A DNA stretch of 64,000 bases. Source: Octopus sinensis (lineage: Eukaryota). The translations under genes and the position numbers were made by a program. Below, piece after piece: positions 1-12,923 of the stretch (its first letter is position 1; every line of letters begins with the position of its first letter). Where the stretch lies: positions 50,096,001 to 50,160,000 of the forward strand of contig NC_043002.1 in NCBI RefSeq assembly GCF_006345805.1. The letters are read 5' to 3'. The notes under the pieces are model-generated. The model was not told the DNA's origin. It was given only the letters and a program-made list of their open reading frames with translations, and did not search any database.

Positions 1-123
1 CATTATTGTCCAGCAAATTCATACGTCACATTTTGGATGCTCTTCAAAAAATTCAACATATATTCTAAATAAACAGTTTTGGGTATTCAAAACTTCATTG
101 TGAAAAATGAATCAATATAGTAA

Positions 124-488
124 CAGGTGTGGCTGTGTGACAAAGTTTGTTTCCCAACCACTTGGCTCCAGATCCAGTCTCGTTTCATGGCACCTTGGGC
201 TGACCAAAGCCTTGTGAGTAGATTTGGTAGACAGAAACTGAAAGATGCCTATCATGTGTGCATGTGTGTCTGCCTGCCTGTATTTGTCTCTCACCACTGC
301 GTGACAATCAGTCTTCATGTGCTCATGTCTCCGTAACTTAGCAGTTCAGCAAAAGAGACCAATGAAATAGGTACCAGGCTTGAAATGAAAAATAAGAACT
401 GGAGCCAGTTAGTGTGACTAAAATTCTTCAAGGTGGTGTCCAAGTATGGCTGCAGCCTAATGACTGAAGCAAGTAAAAGATAAAAGAT
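124..488 (+). mobile_element. SINE family A (tRNA-derived head), diverged near-full copy
   Basis: Degenerate A-box-like head GGTGTGGCTGTGTG, core GGCACCTTGGGC..GACCAAAGCCTTGTGAGTAGATTTGGTAGACAGAAACTGAAAG and tail AATGACTGAAGCAAGTAAAAGATAAAAGA; the same modules recur more than 20 times in the window. Confidence 0.85.
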
Positions 489-3400
489 AATTCTTGTCAA
501 TATTCTAGATTTACAACTTAGACATTTCATGATTTGTGTTTCCAGCTATCACACATGCCACTTAAGAATGGCTTTATCCCAAATTAGTGAAGCACCACAT
601 AAAGATATGGGCTGAAATTGAACAGGTGCTTGATAGTATAATGCAAAATGAATACTGGTCTATGTTTCAGATGTGTGGGGCGGAGCTATTTTATCTTTTC
701 TTTCACAATAGGCTCTATCCAAAAACTTAGGCTCTGTGACACTGCTTTAGTCCCTGAAATGCTTACATCACATCAGTTTTGGTTTTCTGTGCTCAAGTGC
801 AGATATGGCTGTATGGTTTAGTAGCTTGCTTCCCAATGATGTGATCTTAGATTCAGTCTCATTGTGCAGCACCTTGGGCAAGTGTCTTCTTCTATAACCC
901 CTGGCCAACCAATGCCTTGTGAGTAGATTTCGTAGATGGAAATTGAGAGCGGCCCATCATATGCATGTATGTATCTATGTCATTATTCAGTTTTATTTTA
1001 AGATTTCTTGCCAATAGAGAAAAAGCTGTATGTTTTATGTATGCATTCTCATGCATATAGTTGCATATCTTGACATGCTCATATATATTAAAATGATAAA
1101 CTTCTGGAAAGTTTTATAGATTTTTTACAGTTCCCATGATGGGTTGGATCTATCCATTATATATCTGTCTGTCTGTATGCATGCATGTTTGTGTTTGTTT
1201 ACACATTTCCGTGTGCTATCACCTGGGCATCGTGATGGTTGTAAACGAGTATCATTGTCATCCAAGCGACATTGTTTGCTTCCAGTCTTTCATAAAAAAC
1301 ATGCCTACCTATGGCAAAATATTACCTTGCTTGGAAACAGGTAAGAGTTGGTGTCAGGAAGGACATCTGGCCTCAGAAAAATCTACCTCAAGAAATTCCG
1401 TCTGACCCATGCAAGCATGAAAAAGTAGACGTTAAATGATGATGATAATGATGAGGATCCAGCTTATCAGATAAATTGCAAGTGGTAATTTGATGTTAGA
1501 TTTATTCCGAGCTGTAATCTATACTTGAACCTGGCACCATGCTTCTCCCAAAGTAACTGATTAGAGGCAGACATCAAAAATCATGCCAACTATTATAGAA
1601 AGATCTGTAAACGTATTTCTTGTTCTCATTGTCATAGGAAGCTTAGTAAATAGACAAAAATAAGTTTTTAATTCATTAATCATTTCTGAAATTATTAAAA
1701 TTGTTTGGAAAGATGAAAAATTATTTTAAAGAAAAAAAATAATGAATAAATAAGTGAAGTAAAAATAATAAAAATTGTAAAGGAAATGAAGATAAAAAGC
1801 AACAAAAACAGAAGAATTGAAATAAAAAAGCAAATATAAATTTAAATATAAAAAAAATTATACAATAACAAGAACAATTATAAAATACAAATTCACATTT
1901 ATATTTGCAGTTGTCTTTTGGAGAAAATTGAGATTAACTAAGGAACGGAGAGGGAGGGAGGAGAGAAAGAGAGAGAGAGAAGCTAACTTGCTGTAAATTG
2001 AATGAGCAAAATATTATTTTAGATAATCCATATAAAACCATAGAAGGAATAGGAAAATAAAATGAAATAAACTTAAATAAAAATAGAATTTAAAAAAATA
2101 AAATAAAACTGAAATGTTGTAATGAGTGGAATTTGAAAATTAGGGAGGAGATTATCAACTTTTCATAGCATCGTAATTACATTTGCATTTTAATGATGAT
2201 TAAAAGTTCACCTTGCTCACAGATTGATCTTGGTCGTATGTTTTAGTTATGTTTTCTCTGTGGGTGCGTGCATGTTTGTGTACTTATGTGTGTGTGTGTG
2301 TGTTTGAGTTTGTGTATGTCTCTGTGTTTTTCAGCGAGTGTGTTAGTGTTTGTGTGTGTGTGTGCGCATCTGTGTTTGTCAATGACTGTGCGTGAATGTG
2401 TGTCTGGCTGTATGTGTGTGTGCGTCTTTGTGTGTGTCCGTGTGTAAATCTGTGTTTGTTTGTTTCTGTGTGTGTGTGTGTGTATGTGTATTTATGCATC
2501 TAAATGTATGTGTGTATGCATCTGTGTGTATGTGTGCATGCATCTGTGTGTATGTGTGCATCATTGTGTGTGTCTGTGTGTAAATCTGTGTTTGTTTGTG
2601 TTTCCGTGTGTGTGTTTGTATTTATCTTTGTTGTATATTACCTTGCAGCAAGTACAGCCGTTGTTGTTGTTGCTGTTATTGTTGCAATGCTTCCATATTA
2701 CAACAGATTATTAATGTCGGTCGCTTGAGTTGTGGAACTTAAAGCGAACATCTCATCAGTTAGAATTTCATTCAAAGGGAGCATCTCCATGATAGTACCA
2801 TCTTGTCAAGGTAGGCCAAATCAATCAGCAGGCTAAATGCCCTCAGAACATGTACATTTTAAGTTCAAATGCTACCGAAAGGACACTGCCATCTTGTACT
2901 CCAAGGGTATTTTGTTTCACTGTGCTATACCCACTTCATGAAGATTGCAGCTTTATGTGTAGTTTCATGTGTATCAACAACAGCGCCTTCATATGTTCAC
3001 TCAGCATGCAAGAAATAACAGTAAAATTTCCTTCAAACCATATCCTCTTGTCCTACACAAATTATGTGCATTATTCAGGGATGCTACATAGGACTATGTT
3101 TAGGCGCAGGTGTGGCTCTGTGGTAAGAAGCTTGCTTCCCAACCACATGGTTCTGGGTTCAGTCCCACTGTGTGGAACCTTAGGCAAATGTCTTCTATTA
3201 TATCCTTGTGCTGACCAAAGCTTTGTGATTGGATTTCAAAGACAAAATGAAAGAGAGGTTGGGATCATCTGGCATGAAAAGCTGCAAATATCACCAAAGT
3301 TTATTGGAAGTACACAGTTGGCAGCAATATTTGGAACAGCTCATGTGTTGAGGAAAGTGTTGTGTCTCCAAGATTCAGGAAGGAGCTGAAACCTGACACA

Positions 3401-3685
3401 GTTAAATCAGAAGAAAGGAAGATAGAAATAATAATAATAATAGCAATAACCCTTTCTACTATAAACACAAGGCCTAAAATTTGGGGGCTGGAGGTAAGTC
3501 AATTACATCGATCCCAGTGCTATACTGGTACTGAAAGGATAAAAGACAAAATCAACCTCAACAGAATTTCAACTCAGAATGTAAGGAGTTAGAAGAAATG
3601 CCATTTAGCATTTTTACCATCATTGCTAACAATTCTGTTAGCTTTCTGCTTTATAATAATAATGATAATAATGCCAACAACAACA

Positions 3686-3925
3686 AGAGCACTCAGAGAG
3701 CGCAAACCTCTGCCAAGGCAACACCCAACATCCTCTCAATGATTAGCCGGGGATGATTTTTAAAATGAGAATATCTCAAATAAACTCGACTGCTTTCACA
3801 AACGAGGATACTAAAAATGAACCTGACTGCTCTCAAAAATTAAGTTAAAAAAACGGAAAAATAATTAGCATCCTTGTCCAGTACCTGATTGATCCTAATG
3901 GTAATATACAACAAAGATGAATAAA
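3686..3925 (+). mobile_element. Dispersed repeat starting AACAAGAGCACTCAGAGAG (possible HINE/Helentron-like non-autonomous element), truncated
   Basis: Clearly homologous to 32786-33110; class assignment is inference. Confidence 0.55.
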
Positions 3926-3928
3926 ATC

Positions 3929-3929
<1 letters not shown>

Positions 3930-3962
<33 letters not shown>

Positions 3963-3987
3963 TATTATTATTATTATTATTATTATT
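3930..3987. repeat. (AAT)n directly abutting (ATT)n, forming an AT-rich palindrome
   Basis: ATAATAAT...AATAATA|ATTATTATT...TATT read directly. Confidence 0.9.
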
Positions 3988-4692
3988 TCAAATTTTTGCC
4001 ACAAAGGCAGCTTGCAGGACGTGGGGAATATAATAATAATAATAATAATAATATAATAGATATAATAATATATAATAATATGATAATAATAAATATAAAT
4101 AATAATAAATACCTAGTGGTATTTAGATACACCTCTTTATGTTTTGAGTTCAAATCCTGCTGAAATCTACTTTGCTTTCTATCCCTCTAAGGTCAGTAAA
4201 AAACTGGGATTGATAGAATTAGTTAACCTCCTTTGCCCAAAAACTTCAGGTCCTGTGCCTGTTTCAGCTTGTGATGTTCTGAGTTCAAATCCTGCTGAGG
4301 CCAACTTGCTATGGAATTATTTAGATTGTAACTATCCCTGATCAAGCAGAACTCTGATCATCGAAGTTGTTTCTAACCTTCAGCAATTGGCTTTTTTCAT
4401 TTTAAGCACAGCCTACCTTGGAGTACATAATCTAATGTATCATCCCCACCTCCCTATCTCCTTCTTTTGTTGCAAGGCAGATTCTGTAAGGAAATGAGGG
4501 AAATTTGGCTGCTATTCATTGCAATGTTGCACGACCACATCGATGCACAACCCTAGGCTGGTTTGAATATTATACAATGGAGTGTCGGTGTACTTAATGA
4601 GTTTGTTTTGCGTAAGTTTACGTTGCTACCAGCGTTATGAATGCTGCGATGTCATGTTTATATAAAAATGAGAAAATAAATATGAAGCGTAC

Positions 4693-4740
4693 CTGTTTGC
4701 TTTTCTAGCCACACCAAATCTTTACTGTCTCTGAAAATAG
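4693..4740 (-). CDS. Candidate 48-nt coding exon (phase 1-1), A-IFRDSKDLVWLEKQT-G
   Basis: Acceptor ggcttcctctcag, donor CAG|GTACGC, open frame, phase-compatible with the 14461-14556 candidate; flanked by unique CpG-retaining sequence. Protein not recognised. Confidence 0.4.
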
Positions 4741-5466
4741 CTGAGAGGAAGCCATAAGGTTTAATAGTTTCGCTTCCCCTTTCTTCAGTCCCCCACCTTC
4801 CCCCCCACTTTTCAACTTTCCTTCTTTCCTCTTTATCTTATCTCCTCTGTTAAGTGATATTGTGGCTGTTGTCTCAATGTTTGGTTTTAAACAGGTGTCT
4901 CGTGGATCCATTGGACATACTGTTTGTCTCTCTTTGTCAAGACATCCAACATTCTGGTTGGTTGATTGCAGCCTCTGCCTGGCAACTAGACACTCTGGCT
5001 TCCTTCTTGAAATCCATTCATCTCCCTCACTTTTTATCTCCTCCCCCCTCCCTCCCTTCTCCTTCATTCTCTTTAACACTGTCCTCTTCTGTCTTACTTT
5101 CTCTCTCTCTATCTGGTCTGTTTATGTTTTCCTCAACTTGTATCTAAATGTCTTAATCTTGACTTTATAGAATAGCTGTGTTCTTGGAAATGTGTTCCTG
5201 CCATGCCTGCAGTGCTTTGCTCCATCCTCCCTTTTATACTGTCCTCCTCATTTTTCGTGTAGTACTTACTAAACAAGCAGTTTCATTCGGATACTACTAC
5301 AACTTCCTCTACTGTTCTTGTTGTAGCTGATGCACTTCTTCCTATTTTTCTTCATTATCACCATTATATTTCCATTTTCCTCCTCCTTGTTCTAATTCCT
5401 GTAGCCTCAGTATCTAATCCCTTTGCTTTCCCTTGGTCATTTATAAGGAAAAAAAAAAAAAATTTA

Positions 5467-6372
5467 GGTGGGTGGTTAAGAAGCTTAGATCACTGTTATG
5501 TAGTTTCGGATTCAATCCCAATGTGTGGCACCTTGGACAAGTGTCTTCAACTACAGCCCTGGGTTAATTAATGCCCTGTGAGTGAATTTGGTAAATGGAA
5601 CCTGTATGGAAGCCCATTGTGCGTGTGTGTGCATGTGTTTGTTTTTGCATTTGCCACCCATCACCATTTGGGTGTTGGTTTATTTATGTTCCTTCAGCTT
5701 AGCAGTTGAGCAAAAGAATAAGTACCAGACTTAAAATAAAAACAATATTTTTATTCTTTTGCTGGTTTCAGTCATTTGGTTGTGGCAAGGCTGAAGCACC
5801 AGCTCGGAGGGATTTAGTCAAACAAATCAACCACAGGACATTTTTTTTTTCTTTTTAAGCTTAGTACTTATTCTGCCAGTCTCTTTTGCCAAATGACTAA
5901 GTTATGGGGTTGTAAACACACCAACATCAGTTATCAAGCAGTGGGGGTGGGACAGATGCAGACACAAAGACAAACACATAAATAAAATATAATATAATAT
6001 AATATAATATATATATATATCATATAATGTAATATAATATATATACTACGGGGTTCTTTCAATTTCCATCTACCAAATCCACTCACAAGGCTTTGGTTGA
6101 CCTGAGGCTATAGTAGAAGACACTTGCTCAAGGTGCTATGCAGTGGGACTGAACCTAGAGCCATGTGGTTAGGAAGCCAGCTTCTTGCCACACAACCATG
6201 ATTGTACCTATATATATATATATATGATAGGCTCCCACACAGTTTCCATTTGCCAAATTCATTCACATTGGTTGGGCCAGTGCTATAGTAGAGGTCACTT
6301 CCCCAAGGTACCTCATGGTGGAACTGAACCTCACACCAGATAGCTCCAAAGCAAGCTTCCTAACTATATAGC
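5467..6372. mobile_element. Cluster of SINE A copies: + (5467-5740), - (5752-6205), - (6226-6372)
   Basis: Core GGCACCTTGGACAAGTGTCTTC on +; GAAGACACTTGCTCAAGGTGC and GTAGAGGTCACTTCCCCAAGGTACC on -. Confidence 0.8.
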
Positions 6373-6573
6373 CCTTGTGTATCAGAGATCTTTGTCTATC
6401 CAAAGAGCATAAGAGATAAAACCTCTGCAGATAGCATTTTAAAAGACGATAAGGGGCCCTTGCATGAAAGTGACCTGTGGGATCATAGTTAATTATTAGT
6501 TCTAGTTCTTGACTGTTATACATTTTGTTGATCCAGAATGGTGAAAGATGAATTGTTGTTAAAACAGTAATAT

Positions 6574-7021
6574 TTAACCCATAGCATTTTGCCCTTTAGC
6601 AATTAAACTGGCTATATCCGGCCTAAATATTCTACCTGTTTTATGTTCAAACCGGCTAGATCCAGTCTCTCACACCTACCCTACAATGTCATCCTGAAAT
6701 AAAGTCACATCATTGAAATCTCAAAAGTACCTGATATTGCATGATTGATTCAAAACATTGTGAGTAAATGCATATTAGATTTGACAGATTGAGATCTCAA
6801 TACTAAAGGGTTAAGCTGGCCATATCTGGCCAAAATATCCTACCTGTTTTATCTTGTTCAAACCAGCCAGATTCTTGCCTCTCACCTACCCTAGAATGTC
6901 ATTCTCAAAATAATCACGTCACCAAAATCTTGAAGCTACATGATAATGCATGATCAATTCAAAATAATGTGAATCTATAAGAGTTCTATTTGACAGAGTA
7001 ATCTGAATGCTACTGGGTTAA
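6574..7021 (+). mobile_element. piggyBac-like MITE, tandem dimer (one left end, two right ends)
   Basis: Left TTAACCC...CCCTTTAGCA; right ends TACTAAAGGGTTAA (6801-6814) and ATGCTACTGGGTTAA (to 7021); TTAA flanks and CCC-starting TIRs are piggyBac hallmarks. Confidence 0.7.
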
Positions 7022-7402
7022 ACACATACAAAAGAAACAAACATTAGCTGTTGCTGTTAAGCTTCATTTGATGTACACATTCTTGGTATGTTAAATGCAG
7101 TAAGATTTAGATGAACGGATTCGTTGATAAGTGAGGCCATATTGTGTGAGGTGTCATTTATTAGCAAGCACATGTTGCGTGGATTGTAGTTTTACAGAGT
7201 GTGGTCATGTTATGATGTGTTGTTTTGCAATGAGAGCATGCTGTTTGTAGTATTGTGTGGCCATGAGTGCATATTGTTTGGAGTAAAGTTTGGCAGCAAG
7301 GGCATGTTGGTTGGGCATGCTACATACTAATGTTGTATAGTATAGTGTGGCAGTGAGGGCATGTTGTGTGGGGGTGTAGTTTTATTTGTGAGTACATGTT
7401 GT

Positions 7403-7491
7403 GCAGATCATTTAGTGCCAGTGAGGGCAATTTTGTAGATCATTTAGTGCCAGCGAGGGCATTTTTGTAGATCATTTAGTGCCAGCAAAGG
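7403..7491. repeat. 32-bp tandem repeat, about 2.8 copies
   Basis: G(C/T)AGATCATTTAGTGCCAG(T/C)GAGGGCA at 7403, 7435 and 7467. Confidence 0.9.
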
Positions 7492-7800
7492 TATCATCAT
7501 CATCGTCTGCCTTCCATGCTGGCATGGGTTGGACGGTTTGACAGAAGCTGACTGGGCAGAAGACTGCACCAGACTTCTGTGTCTGTTTTGGTATGGTTTT
7601 TACAGCTGGATGCTCTTCCTAACACCAACCACCCAGCAGCATGGACTGAGTGCTTTTTATGTGGTGTCAGCACAGGCGAGGTCAGTTTTGGCATGGTTTT
7701 TACAGCTGGATGCCCTTCCAAACGCCAACCACTTTACAGTGTCAACAGGATGCTTTTTACGTGGCACCAGCACTGACATGGTCACCAAATAACTTCCAAG
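7492..7800 (-). mobile_element. SINE family C ((GAT)n tail) with internal duplication
   Basis: CATCATCATCGTCTGCCTTCCATGCTGGCATGGGTTGGACGG tail; TACAGCTGGATGC(T/C)CTTCC module twice. Further copies near 1340, 11930, 12140, 18270, 20410, 23960, 35590, 42470, 43200 and 63605. Confidence 0.8.
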
Positions 7801-8804
7801 GCAAAGATCTTTTGAGAGGGGTGGGGTGGGGCTGAGGCCATTTTGCGCCGGATTGCAGTGCAGTTGGAAGTGGCTTGTTATATCAATTGTTATAATTAAA
7901 AGGCTTGCAAAGTGATACTTGCTATTGAGATACACACAGTGGACTCAGTCAATGTGCAACAGTGTTAACTCGAGAAGATTTATTTGAGGTGGTTGGCCAA
8001 GCCCAGCACTAAAGTCTAATGGGGCAATTGAAGTAGTTAAGGAGTAGTGCTGCTGTTGATAAATGTGATGGTGGTGGTGGTGGTGGTGGTGGTTGTAGTA
8101 CTGGCGGTACTAACATTAGTGTGACAAACTATATGAGAAGCATTTATAGTTTTATTAACTACAATAGTATGGGGTCAGGTGGGGGATGGGGAAATCATTG
8201 TGGTGGTGATGGTGGTGGTGGTGGTGGTGGTGGTGGTTGTGGTAGTATCAGTATTGGTAGCAAAGATGCCAGAGAAACTATTTATGTGAAGAGCAAACAT
8301 TTCACTTCTGAATGAATAATAGTTATTCTACAAAACAGTTTATCATGAAGAATTTTTGCTGGTCGGAGAAATCCTGTGATGATTTCTTACAAATCAGGAA
8401 TGCTGATAGGACGAGAGACAGACGCATGCACTCACATACAGACAGACACCTACACACATCAATACACTTTATACATACATATATATATATGTATGTGTTT
8501 ATGTGTGTGTGTGTGTGACTCTTATATCTGTGAGTGTACATTTATGTGCACACACACACACACATATATGATATATATCATAGTAACTCTGGTGGTGGTG
8601 GTGGTAGCGGTGGGGTCTCTATGTGATATCTTTAATGTACATTAGCTTTTGATGGTGTGCACTGGTAGTAGTGATGGAGGCTGCAGTGGTGTTGATGGTG
8701 CAGCAAGTGATGCAGATGGTGGTGGTGGTGGTGTGCGAGCAGGGGTTAGTTAGGAGGAGGAGGTTGAGCTAATGGTTGTACAGCATTTCTTGGCTCTTTA
8801 AGCA

Positions 8805-8835
<31 letters not shown>

Positions 8836-9302
8836 TCCCTCTTCACTTTACCAGCAATGACGACTACTACTACTACTACTACTACTACTACAACTACTAC
8901 TGCTACTCTCACTCTACGGCAGCCGTCATCCACCCTCTCTCTTAGCTTGGACCTTTCTACCTCTTTTTTTCTTCTTTTCATCCCAGACCCTTGGGATACT
9001 TTTTAGAGAGATACACGGACATTCTTTACTCTCTATGCAACTCCGGTTTACTCTCTGACCTCCCCTCTCTCCCACCCTTTCGCTTTTTCTTTCTCACATT
9101 CTGTCTATTTCTAGCATTACCCATTTTGTCATCTTCATCATTATCATCCTCATCATCATCATCATCTCTCTCTCCTCCTCTTCCACCACTAATATCTGGT
9201 TTTCATACCCACTCCCTGACCATTTTACGGTCTCTTTCTCCATCTTTCCCTCCATGTTTCATAGGCTATCTCTCACTCTCTTTGTTTTACTGTTTCAATT
9301 GC

Positions 9303-9336
<34 letters not shown>

Positions 9337-10524
9337 CAGTGCTCTCCCTCTCATTGTTTTACTGCATTTCAATTGCTCTCTCTCTCTCTCTCTCTCTATC
9401 TCTTTGTTTTTCTCCCACTCTTTTACTCTCTCACATACACATACCCTTACACTCTTGCACCCACACTACACGTTCTCTCCTCACGTCCCTCCCCACCACC
9501 ACACTGTCCTGCTCTCTAATATTGTTGGTTATTTACAAACCTTATGTGGCTCTTAAAATGAAAATTGTGTATTCTAGCTGCCAATAGTTTTGCCATATAA
9601 TTTATAAAACTGTTGGTGATTTATTTACTTCAGAGAATAACGTTTCCCATGAAACATTTTTCACACACTTTCTGATTTTCGAAGAAGGAGAGAAATAGTG
9701 TTTGTTAGTGATTAGATAGACAGACAGACAGACGGATAGATAGATAGATAGATAGATAGATTGATGTCTGAGTAACTCGGTAGGTAGACAGTAAGGTAGG
9801 TAGATAGATAGATCAGTAAATAGATGGGGTGGTGAAGGGTAGTTGGCTCATTTGGTAACTGCGTAGCTTTTGGCTACTTAGATAGTAGGGTTGATAGCTA
9901 GTTAGATGAATGGGTGCGTAAATAGATGGGTTACTAGATAGATAGATAGATAGAGAGATAGATAGATAGAGGAATGAACTGCACTCAGTGTGGTAATGTC
10001 TCTTTCTTTCTCTTTTACCTAACTACCCATCTACATATGTGTGTTGTGTGTGGTGTATGTGTATATGCATGTTGTGTGTGTCTGTGTGTGTATGTGGTGT
10101 AAATTTATAGTAAAGGGATGTGGATATTGGGTACTATCTGTTTGGTAGGAGAAAGCGAGGGAAAGATATCCAGGGTACATTAGCTGAAGGGGTACCCTGG
10201 ATATGTCGGTGAGTCGAAGGGATGTGGGGTGCAGGTGGAATGGAAGGTTAGCTCAGATGTAGATGGGCACTAAGTTGATGCGGAGCGAGAAAGAGAAGGA
10301 AGAGTAAGAATACGGACAGGCTAAAGATGGACATGCAAAGTAAAAAAAGAAAGAAAAAAAGAAATTGGAGTGGTGGCAACAGCAGCAATGATAGTGGGGA
10401 GGCGGTTGGGGGTGGCGGCAGTTGCGAGAATTTAGAGAGATGGAGGTGAATGGATGAACGAATGACTGGGTGATTGTGAACCAAGTGGCTGTTTAAACTG
10501 GACATGATGGAGTAGTGAATAGCT

Positions 10525-11010
10525 GTCATGCACGCACACACACACACACCTACACACACACACACACACACCTACACACACACACACACCTACACACACA
10601 CACACACACACGCACACAATTACACACACCCTTTCTTGCTCCTTGCCTTCTTTCTCTCTTTCTCTCTTTCTCTCTCACTACATTGTATTATATATATATA
10701 TATGTGTGTGTGTATGTGTATGTGTGTGTGTGTATGTGTGTGTGTGTGTATGTGTGTGTGTATGTGTGTGTGTATATGTGTGTGTGTATATATGTGTGTG
10801 TGTATATGTGTGTGTGTGTATATATATGTGTGTGTGTATATATGTGTGTGTGTATATATGTGTGTGTGTATATATGTGTGTGTGTATATATGTGCGTGTG
10901 GGTGTATATATATGTTTTGTGTGTGTATATATATATATATATATAAATATATATATATACGTATATGTATGTATACACACACACACACACAGATATACAT
11001 ATACACACAC
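10525..11010. repeat. Compound (CA)n/(TG)n/(TA)n microsatellite
   Basis: Read directly; source of the overlapping spurious ORFs at 10.4-11.2 kb. Confidence 0.95.
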
Positions 11011-12923
11011 ATATAGGAATGTATGTATTACTTGCTATCTCTTGCATCCGCCACGGAATCACTTGGTAAGTTGTGGCTGCAGTTTTGTTCATTTGCTTAA
11101 TGGAGCAGGTTACGGTGTGTATGTAAATCATTTTTCTGTTTGATTTACTTGCTATAGTAACAGTGGTCACCTCACACTCTCACCCACTCGCCCACCCCTA
11201 CTCTCACTTGCAGCATCCTTAAAACATCTTCTTTTTCTCTGTCTTTCTTACCATTTTTAAGTTTGGTTTTTTTTTTTTTTTTTGGTTTTTTTTTTATTAT
11301 TATTATATGCATTATTGCTGTTAATGCAATCCTCATCCTTGTCATCATCACTTTTATTGCTATGGCCTTGTGCCAATGTAAAAGGAAAAAAAAAACAGAA
11401 CACTATTATCATCATCGTCATCATCATGATCATGATGATGATGATCATCATTATTTGTCTAGTTTTTTTTTAACTCACAATTCCTTCCATTTTTTTAAAC
11501 TCTTAACTTTGCGTTACCCATTCCCACCTTAATAATTCAGTGTGTGTATGTATGTATGTGTGTACTTGTTTATATATATGTGTGTGTTTATGTGTGTATG
11601 TCTATTGCTTTTTATGTTTTATTTATTAACTTTTATTTTCTTATCTTAGCCTCTCTCTCCTCCTCCTCCTCCCTCTCTTTCCAAGATCTTTCTTTCAAAC
11701 AAAACTCATTCTATGACACTAACCACCTTCTGATATTCTGGTTTTTTTTCTGTTCTTAAACGTTGTTTTTCCTTTCATTATCATTTAATTCCTATATATA
11801 CATACAACAGAGACTTCTGGTGGTTTGTTGCGCTTGAGCAGACACATCTAGCTAAGTAATGTCGTGACTGTCCTTGCATGCAGGCATGTCCCCCTACATC
11901 CCTTTTCAGCTAAGTGATTGTGATATTGCAGGCTTGTGGGTGCTGCTGCCGTGTAAAAGCACCTAACACACTCTGTAAAGTGGTTAGCATCAGGAAGGGT
12001 ATCTAGCTGTAGAAACCATGCCAAAACAGACACGGAGCTTAGACAGGTCTTCAGCTAGCCAGCTCATGTCAAGCTATTCATCCCATGCCAGAAGGAATAA
12101 TGGACATTAAATGATGATGATGATGATATAAGTGTCATTGTTATCATCGTTTTTAATGCTCACCTTTCCATGCTTGCATGGGTCGGACAGATGTCATTGA
12201 GGCAGATCTGCTACAGCTGGGTGTCCTTTCTCTTGCCATCTATCACCTGTTTACAAGTAAGGTATATTTGCACAGAAGATTAGAAACAAAGAACATTGCT
12301 TGTATGAAATTTATTTATCACTATCACATGAAAGCAAGACAAGCAGACATTAAAACATACACACACACACATGCATGTTTAGGTTTTAGATGGGATTCAG
12401 TGAGTTTCTATTTTTCTGTCTGCTAAATCTGCTCACAAGGCTTTTGTTGTCCCAGGCCTTCAGTAGAAGACACTTGCCTGAGGTACCATGTGGTGAGACT
12501 TAACCAGAAGCTATCTGCTTGAGAAATATGTGTTTACACACACACTTATTAGCTACAGTCATTGAATTGCAGCCTTGCTGGGATATCACTATATTACAAG
12601 AATGTAAACAAATCAACACCAGTTGCCAAATGAGTGGCAGTGGGGAGGGGGCACTATCAAGGACTATCAAGGACACAAAAAAAAAAAAGAAGCCAAATAA
12701 GTACTTGAGTTGATTTGTTTGAATAAACCTGTAAAGGCAGCATCCCCAACCTGGCTGCAGTCCAATGACTGGAACAAGTAGAAGATAAAAATATAAACAA
12801 AGATTATGTTTCTACCCATGTTTGTCTATGTATTAACTTTTCATGTCTCTTTTACTCATCTATTTCTCTCTTACACACACACACACGCACACACATATAT
12901 ATTAATGTTTGTTTTTATGTTCA

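Noticed and set aside
7403-7491. 32-bp direct repeats as a CRISPR array
   Set aside because: No spacers, eukaryotic context and no cas genes.
11017-11065. Plus-strand exon candidate MYYLLSLASATESL with TTG|GTAAGT
   Set aside because: Strong donor but no credible acceptor or in-frame partner; chance GTAAGT sites are expected. Not excluded.
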